From: an uncultured Candidatus Poseidoniales archaeon | GTDB lineage: Archaea; Thermoplasmatota; Poseidoniia; Poseidoniales; Thalassarchaeaceae | Length of the DNA: 37,844 nucleotides | Direction of reading: 5' to 3' | Assembly (NCBI GenBank): GCA_964645485.1 | Contig: CAZXZO010000003.1 | Location: 102,580 to 140,423 of the forward strand | In this document: in pieces, positions 1 through 7,100 of the stretch | Numbering within the stretch: the first letter of the stretch is position 1 | Layout of the letters: every line of letters begins with the position of its first letter | Made by a program: the position numbers and the translations under genes | Notes under the pieces: generated by a model | Database searches by the model: none | What the model was told of the DNA's origin: nothing | What the model saw: only the letters and a program-made list of their open reading frames with translations

Positions 1-24
1 TATGGAGATAAGTTGTGCCCACCA

Positions 25-225
25 AAGGGCGGTTGCTAGAATTTTATTGAGGATATTCTGTGCTAATTAAGCGCCTTACTCTAGTTGCTACAAGGGCGGT
101 TGCTAGAATTTTATTGAGGATATTCTGTGCTAATTAAGCGCCTTACTCTAGTTGCTACAAGGGCGGTTGCTAGAATTTTATTGAGGATACTCTGTGCTGA
201 TGAAGCGCCTTACTCCGGTTGCTAC
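25..225. repeat. Three tandem copies of a 67-bp unit (25-91, 92-158, 159-225): the last 16 codons of glpX (including the stop) plus 19 nt of downstream sequence
   Basis: The unit AAGGGCGGTTGCTAGAATTTTATTGAGGATA... starts at 25, 92 and 159. Copies 1 and 2 are identical. Copy 3 (the coding copy) differs at 190, 199, 202, 216 and 217. Confidence 0.97.
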
Positions 226-1131
226 GTCTATCACTTCTGAGTGTACAGCCACTCGGTCACCGAAGTCTTCCACTCCAGGGAGATAACCATGACAGACTCC
301 ACTAGCGACGAATAACGCGTCGGAACTTGAACACAAATCATCCCTTCCCCATAGACGATGAACATCATCTCCGAGCATCTGCTTTGCTCGGCTTTCGTGA
401 TCTTCATTTGTTGTGACAAGTCGTCCTTCAAAATGACCATTTAATCCCCTTAATGCTGCGGCTGTGATTACGCCTTCGGGAGCAGCTCCAATCCCCATCA
501 ACAAGTCAATTTCACTATCTGGATTTGCTGCATCAAGTGCCGCGGCAACATCGCCATCACCGATGAGTGGAACCGATACACCGAATTCACGTAATTCCTT
601 AATCAAGTCAATGTGACGATCTCTGTCCATAACCACTATTTTTAGGTCAGTGATTTCTTTATCAAGAGCAGCAGCAGCAGCTTCTACATTGTATGCTACA
701 TCTGCTTCGAGTGAGATTTCACCGGCTACTTGTGCTGGGCCTGCGAGTTTGTCCATGTAACAATCTGGAGCATGCAAAAGAGAGCCACGAGGAGCCGCAG
801 CGAGAACTGCGATTGCATTTGGCAAATCCTTGGCAACATGATTAGTGCATTCAAGTGGGTCAACTGCGATATCAATCTGTAAGGCTCCTTCCTCGCCTTG
901 CATTGAGCCAAGTGGCTCACCAATCCACAGCATTGGTGCATCATCTCTCTCGCCTTCTCCAATAGCAACTCGGCCATCAAATGGGACGGTGTCAAATACT
1001 CCGCGCATTGCTTCTACGGCAGCACCATCAGCCAATTTGCCGTCACCAAAGCCGCGCCATTTTGCTGCTGCTATAGCGGCTGCTTCTGTCGCTTCCACGA
1101 AGTGAGATGTCAAATCACTAGTCTTCGCCAT
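178..1131 (-). CDS. glpX: Class II fructose-1,6-bisphosphatase (GlpX family)
   Basis: Motifs TEAAAIAA, AD.AAVEAMR, IGEGERD.APML.IGE, DIAVDPLE.T, DGDVAAA and G.APEGVITAAA. 317 aa. Confidence 0.92.
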   Translation of the reverse strand: MAKTSDLTSHFVEATEAAAIAAAKWRGFGDGKLADGAAVEAMRGVFDTVPFDGRVAIGEGERDDAPMLWIGEPLGSMQGEEGALQIDIAVDPLECTNHVAKDLPNAIAVLAAAPRGSLLHAPDCYMDKLAGPAQVAGEISLEADVAYNVEAAAAALDKEITDLKIVVMDRDRHIDLIKELREFGVSVPLIGDGDVAAALDAANPDSEIDLLMGIGAAPEGVITAAALRGLNGHFEGRLVTTNEDHESRAKQMLGDDVHRLWGRDDLCSSSDALFVASGVCHGYLPGVEDFGDRVAVHSEVIDVATGVRRFISTEYPQ

Positions 1132-1167
1132 AGTTGCCGGAGGGACTATTGGTTCTCAATGTGGCGG

Positions 1168-1617
1168 TCAAGAACCTTTGTTCTTTTCAAGAACTTTAAT
1201 CGACTCTATTTGGGTTTCGGGATATTGTCCTTGTTCGTCTTTTTCTAATGACTTCACCATATCCCATGCACACAAAAGACCGGCTGATACACCAACAATT
1301 GCTTCCATCTCAACCCCAGTTTTCCAATGTGCTGAGACTGACAAAGTGCAGCGGAGGGAATCATCACCGAGGTCCCAAGATACATTGCAACCTTCGATTG
1401 GAATCACATGACAATGAGGAATCATTCTTGGTGTGTCTTTCACTGCTTGAATTGCAGCAACAGTAGATGCTTCCAAGACATCTCCCTTTGCAATCAATCC
1501 ATTGCGAATCGCGTCAGCAGAGTCGGGTGATATGCGCAGTAATCCAGTGGCGACTGCGCTTCTCTCAACAATTGGTTTATGCCCGATTGGTACTATACCA
1601 TCTATGCCATCATTCAT
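1168..1617 (-). CDS. moaC: Cyclic pyranopterin monophosphate synthase MoaC
   Basis: Motifs KGDVLE, MIPHCH.I.I, TGVEMEA and WDMVKSLEK. ATG at 1617 overlaps the moaE stop (ATGA), so the start was moved from 1635. Confidence 0.93.
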   Translation of the reverse strand: MNDGIDGIVPIGHKPIVERSAVATGLLRISPDSADAIRNGLIAKGDVLEASTVAAIQAVKDTPRMIPHCHVIPIEGCNVSWDLGDDSLRCTLSVSAHWKTGVEMEAIVGVSAGLLCAWDMVKSLEKDEQGQYPETQIESIKVLEKNKGS

Positions 1618-2045
1618 CCCAAACCACCTTTCCAAATCGTTCCATCGGCCCTAACTTCTTTTTTCCACAGGGGGGCTTGAGATTTCAGTTCATCTATCAA
1701 CCAACTACAGGCCTCAAAACCCTCTGCCCTATGGGGGCTTGCAACATGAATTGCGACAATTGGTTCACTTGGCCCCACACTCCCCGTCCGATGCGCTATT
1801 GAAACTGAAGAAACACCAAACTTAGAGAGTGCTTCATGTCCAAGGTTTGAGAGAACTTGGGGTAATTTTTCTTCCCATGCATCAAATTCTAACCTTTTTA
1901 TCTCTACTCCATTATCCACTCCTCTAGTTATCCCGAGAAATGATACAATGCTTCCACACCCATCGAGGTGAAGTTTTTCTCTTACCGAAGTTGAATCAAG
2001 AGAATCAGGCGCTGCAACGACAATAACTCTCTTATCTGCAGCCAT
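1614..2045 (-). CDS. moaE: Molybdopterin synthase catalytic subunit MoaE
   Basis: Motifs GSIVSFLGITR, HRTG.V, SPHRAEGF and K..APLWKKE. ATG at 2045 is preferred over the GTG at 2066. Confidence 0.92.
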   Translation of the reverse strand: MAADKRVIVVAAPDSLDSTSVREKLHLDGCGSIVSFLGITRGVDNGVEIKRLEFDAWEEKLPQVLSNLGHEALSKFGVSSVSIAHRTGSVGPSEPIVAIHVASPHRAEGFEACSWLIDELKSQAPLWKKEVRADGTIWKGGLG

Positions 2046-2126
2046 TTGAAGTATCTGAAAAAGCACTCCCGCATTAATCCGCCGATGGCGAATGATTCAT
2101 GATTGAAGTGCCTCCCGACTAAATTT

Positions 2127-3368
2127 ATGGTTACGGTGGCTGGTACAGACGAGCCCATCCAAATCATGGGTGCAGGGCTCTCCGGGCTCTCTGCTGCAAT
2201 AATTTTAGCCAAAGCCGGACGAGAGGTGCATATTCATGATATTCGCGATGACTCTGGGGCTAGATTTGATGGTGATTTTCAAGGTATTGAGAATTGGACA
2301 AGTGATACGGATTTCATGGACGAAATGAGAGAATGGGGTATTGATCCTGATGAGTTTAAGACAACTGCATTTCATCAAGTTGATGTCATTCATCCAGATG
2401 ATGAAATCACTCAAGCATGGAGTCCAACCATTGCATTCCGAGTGATTGAGCGAGGTACCGCTCCACATACGATTGACCAGGGCCTAAAGCGTCAGGCAGT
2501 TGCGGCAGGAGCAAATATTCACTACAAATCCCGAGTTAAGCCAGAAGACTGCCACATTGTCGCTGCTGGACCGAAGGATACCTCTGCGCTTGCATTTGGT
2601 GAAATCTTCGAGACTTCACACCCAGACCATGTAGCATTTCACTTTAATGACAAGTTGGCTCCAGGTGCCTACGCTTACCTAATTGTAATAGACGGGATCG
2701 GACTAATATGCACCTGTCTATGGCGAAAACAACAGAAGAGTGGGCGCTATCTCAATGAAACGATTGCTTGGTATGACAAGCATTATCCTGAACTTGACAG
2801 AAAACCGATTAAACGAGTTGGTGGAAAAGGTGACTTCACAATTAATCGTAAGTACACTGTTGATGGCCGCCACTATGTCGGTGAAGCAGGTGGTCTTCAG
2901 GACTTCATGTGGGGTTTTGGAATGCGCTGTGCTATCACAAGCGGTGTATTTGCTGCAAAAGATATTCTTGGTGAATGTAATTATGACGCAGAAGTCCGAA
3001 AACGGCTTTTACCTACAGTCAAAACCTCGGTTGCTAATCGCTGGCTAATGAATCGAGTTGGAGACCGAGCCTTCAAGCGAATGTCCCTATCTTGGATGAA
3101 GGACCAAAAAAAGAAACAGGATGGTTTGCCATTCATTGGCAGGCTCTTCCGACCCGACATTTTCAGAGGCATGGTATACCATCTTGCGGCAAAGTGGATG
3201 CTGAAAAAAGTCGATGTTTCTGACGGACGAGTGATCCACCGACTTCCATTTCGAAAAGCACTGAAAAGGGATGTTTGGGAGCAAAGTAAAGAAGCCCAGA
3301 AAATTGAGAAAGAATGGAAGATTTCACGTAAAGGTGGGAAAACTGAATCTTTCACAGAAGAGGATTAA
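2127..3368 (+). CDS. FAD-dependent oxidoreductase, geranylgeranyl-reductase-like superfamily; substrate unknown
   Basis: N-terminal Rossmann motif IMGAGLSGLSAA, plus APGAYAY and VGEAGG..D...GFGM..AI.SG. Start uncertain (2127 ATG or 2136 GTG). Confidence 0.75.
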   Translation: MVTVAGTDEPIQIMGAGLSGLSAAIILAKAGREVHIHDIRDDSGARFDGDFQGIENWTSDTDFMDEMREWGIDPDEFKTTAFHQVDVIHPDDEITQAWSPTIAFRVIERGTAPHTIDQGLKRQAVAAGANIHYKSRVKPEDCHIVAAGPKDTSALAFGEIFETSHPDHVAFHFNDKLAPGAYAYLIVIDGIGLICTCLWRKQQKSGRYLNETIAWYDKHYPELDRKPIKRVGGKGDFTINRKYTVDGRHYVGEAGGLQDFMWGFGMRCAITSGVFAAKDILGECNYDAEVRKRLLPTVKTSVANRWLMNRVGDRAFKRMSLSWMKDQKKKQDGLPFIGRLFRPDIFRGMVYHLAAKWMLKKVDVSDGRVIHRLPFRKALKRDVWEQSKEAQKIEKEWKISRKGGKTESFTEED

Positions 3369-3386
3369 GTTGGGGTATCATCCTAA

Positions 3387-4013
3387 TTACCGATATTCAC
3401 GGGTGATGTCTTTTCCGGGGAATTGGTCCTCAGATTCTCGATAAACGGTTCTTAGATTGTTTACCCAGTTCATTTGCTGAGTCACTATCCAGAATTCCTT
3501 TATTCCGATATCCTCGGCTGTATCCATCCAAGTCATCACGATCTCCATGGTCATCCTCGCACCCTCACGGTGTGGATAGGAAAACACGTCCATACTTAGA
3601 GGTGGAGTTGCAACAATTTCTCTATCTTTAACATTCGATAGTTGTTCAAACAATGTTTCGTAGGCTTTCTTGATTAGGCTTCGTCTAGATTCATCCTGGG
3701 TTGGTCTGCGGCAATCTGGCCCCACAACATGAATTAATTTCTTGGCTGACAAACCATAAGGTTCTGTAATCACTGATGTACCAACTGGGCAAGGTTGCAT
3801 ATTTTCTTTCCTTCGCTCAACAGCAATTGCATCACAGGCTGCGCGAAGTTCTGGGCCTGCCTGTTTGTGGATTGCTGCATCAACGCCTTCTCTTCCAGCA
3901 AGACGATTGTTTGCGGTAGTTACCATCACATCTGCTTCAATCTTGGAAATGTCGCCAATAATGACTTTTACCAAGCCATTCTTGCACTGTCGCGCCATGA
4001 AAACATCTGCCAT
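3387..4013 (-). CDS. Macrodomain protein (MacroD-like) with divergent ligand loops
   Basis: Motifs GDISKIEAD...TANN.L.G..GVDAAIH..AGPEL and KKLIHVVGPD. TATAT-like box at 4038-4045 lies -32..-25 from ATG 4013. Confidence 0.88.
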   Translation of the reverse strand: MADVFMARQCKNGLVKVIIGDISKIEADVMVTTANNRLAGREGVDAAIHKQAGPELRAACDAIAVERRKENMQPCPVGTSVITEPYGLSAKKLIHVVGPDCRRPTQDESRRSLIKKAYETLFEQLSNVKDREIVATPPLSMDVFSYPHREGARMTMEIVMTWMDTAEDIGIKEFWIVTQQMNWVNNLRTVYRESEDQFPGKDITREYR

Positions 4014-4113
4014 GTTTAGAGCAGGTGAGGCCGTCGGCAATATACCCCTCGTTGAATAGGTCTTATTTGAGACATTTTTCAACATATATTACTGACACGA
4101 ATGCGATAATGTA

Positions 4114-7100
4114 TTGAGCAAGAAGAAACTGACAACAGTTGTGTCGAGCGCACGCTTTAGCCTCGCTTTGGTCTTACTTTTAGTGACCATGCCGTGGACT
4201 AGTTTTTCTAGCCAGCCCGAGGTACTTGCCTCCGAAGAAACAAATTCCTTCAGTACAGATATTTGGAATGAGACACCATTTCGAGATGTTGCAGTCCCAC
4301 AAACTTTCACTTTTCTAAATTACATCAATTATTCTGATGTTGGTGTTTTGATTAACAATAATAGTGAGGCAAGTAAAACCATTGGATATGCTTTTGTTGC
4401 TGCTCGAAACATTAGCGCCAACCGAATTTTCCTGTTTGACAATGATAGTACACCTTCTGCTGAAACCATCAATCCCGCTCAATTTGATAATTATTATGCG
4501 GAACCATTGAGGCAGATGATAAGCGACCGAAATCTGGAAACTGAATTGAATTATCTAGTTACCACCAAAGGAATACCCCTGAGAATAAATGGGCCAGGAA
4601 ATGGGCGAGCTGCCTTCGATTCAGAAATTGGGTTGATCAATGGGGCTTTCAACTCAACAATTCACCAAAACTGGTGGTCATCTCACACATATGGCCCAGG
4701 TGCGGGTGAGGAAATGAAGGAATTTTCACGCCAAGAAGAGGGGTTCTATTTGGTCACCAGATTGACCGGATATACTGTTGAAACCGCTCTTGGATTAATC
4801 GATAAAGCCAACAATTCGTTTGGTCAAAGGGGTCAAGGAGTGTTAGACTTGGCAACAAATCGTAACGGCTCAGGTTACAAATGGTGGAATGATATGCTCT
4901 ATGCGGCAAACACTACCTTGAATGGAAGCATGGAGATTCCTGTCCACTTCAATCAAAATTCTACTTTTGTAACAAATCAGTCAAACGTGATGCTCTACGC
5001 ATCTTGGGGGTCCAACGATGGCTCATGGAACTCTAACTGGCTTCCGAATTCCGGCTTCGATACTGCCGACAATGGATGGAGTACAGGTTCTAGGTATTGG
5101 GATTTCACTAATCCCCCATTAGTGGGTGATGAGGGCTTTACTTGGGCTAGGCAAACGGCAGTCAAAAGGAATGGGAATGGTGCACTTGAAGGTGCTTTAA
5201 CATCTGAACCCTGTACAGTGACTGAGGCTAGTGCAACCGCAGGACTTCTTGCCGAATATTTTGACAATAATGGAGTGACCTATAATTCTAGTTTGATGCC
5301 AGATTTAACCAATAGAAATCCGGACTATTGGCGTGCTGAGTCAAATATCAATCATCAACTGACAACAGGTACATGGCCAGGTTTGGACAGTAACCAATTC
5401 AGTGAATATTTTTCTGTCCGCCATAGTGGTGCAATCACTATTCCAGAGAGCGGGAACTGGACTTTTTATCTCAACAGCGATGATGGCTCTAAATTGTGGA
5501 TTGATGGTAACGAAATTATCAGCAATGAAGGAGTTCACGGAATGAGAGAAATCTCCGGTACAGCATCACTTACCTCTGGAGTACACACTTTTCGCACTGA
5601 GTTCTTTGAGCATGGAACTCATGCGGGACTAATTCTCTCATGGCAGGGACCAAATCAAAGCAAACAAGTTGTGCCTCCCTCTGCTTTCACGAGAGGAGTT
5701 GCAGATTCTGTCACAACTGATTTGGCACATCACTGGTCATTTGATGATGGGTCTGGGACCACCATTTCTGATTCAATAGGAAATGCAAACTTGACTCTTT
5801 TTGACAGCAATAACGGAGTCGGCTGGCAACAATGCCTGTTTGGAAATTGTTACCAATTTGACGGCGTAGATGATTATGCAAAAATAGATGTCAACGATTG
5901 GGCAGGCAACTTTTCAGTCTCATTGTGGACAAAAACAGCAAATGTGAGTCAAGACCGTTATTCATCTGCCTTCGCAGTCAACGACGTTGCAGGTGACTCT
6001 GCATCTTTCCAAATTATGACCAGCGGCTCTAGTACTGGTGATTGGGAAGTTTACCATAACACCTCATATTCATTCGGAGCCATTGAAGCAGGAGTCTGGA
6101 CCAATTTAGCCGTCACCTATGAGAGTAATACATTGAAGCAATACCTCAATGGTAAATTAATTCAAACAAACATCGTGCCAAACGGCAGCATAGATAGTAT
6201 TGAACTTTACAAAGTAGGGGTCAACAGAGGCGGCAATGCTCATTATGAAGGATTGATTGATGACTTGAAAATTTGGAACCGAACACTAGAGGCTTCTGAA
6301 GTAGCAGAAGTCAATGCGGCTGCTGCTGTAACTTGTTCCGATTATAGCAGTGCAGGCACTGGGGAAACATCTGTAGAACAAGATTATGATTTCAGTGATG
6401 ATTTGAAAGGTCATGCTTGGATTGTATATGGTTATGGCATGAAAGATGGTTGGGTTGCTGGAAATTATCGAATTGAAGTTGACTCCTTTGATGATAATGG
6501 TACACTCCTTGAAACCAATACAAGTTCAACTCAAAACTTGGCAACCGCATGGAATTCAATAACTATGCGTTTCAGACCACCAGAGAATGCTTCTTCTTTC
6601 AAAGTCAAAATGGTTTCATTGCTTGATACAGGTAGTAGAAATGGCTCAGTCTATTTTGACACCATGAATCTACGCGCCATACGCCCTCACTTTGAATGGG
6701 TTGACGGTAGTATTGCTGAGACCGCTGTTAGCACTGGTGGTAGGACATTTACCTGGGGAGCCTCATATGGCCAGAGTTTGGTTGTGGACCTCTTAGAGGA
6801 TGGTGTGTCAGGGGTGAAGGGATACGTGTACGAACCCTATCTTACTGCTGTGGGTTATCCAAGTGTACTGCTTCCGTACTACGCTTACGGTTATAATTTC
6901 GCAGAAGTGAATTATGCTGCCAACCCGTTAATATCGTGGATGGGGACTGTGGTTGGGGACCCTAAAATGGCACCTTATTCTGATATTCTTCATGATGTCG
7001 AAGTTGAGGCTGTGCGAGTAGATGGTAGACTGACTGCAGGTGTCAATGGTAGTATTGACGTCCTGTTGCAAAACCTAGCACCAGGTCCTGTAAATGGAAG

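Noticed and set aside
25-225. CRISPR array or diversity-generating retroelement TR/VR pair
   Set aside because: There are no unique spacers; the whole 67-bp unit repeats. Mismatches fall on both A and T in either strand, so they are not adenine-specific. No reverse transcriptase or cas gene is in the window.
845-3355. Shadow ORFs over glpX, moaC/moaE and the oxidoreductase (e.g. 845-1105, 1467-1802, 1982-2212, 2981-3355)
   Set aside because: They overlap well-supported genes, have Ser/Pro/Ile-rich antisense composition and contain no motifs.
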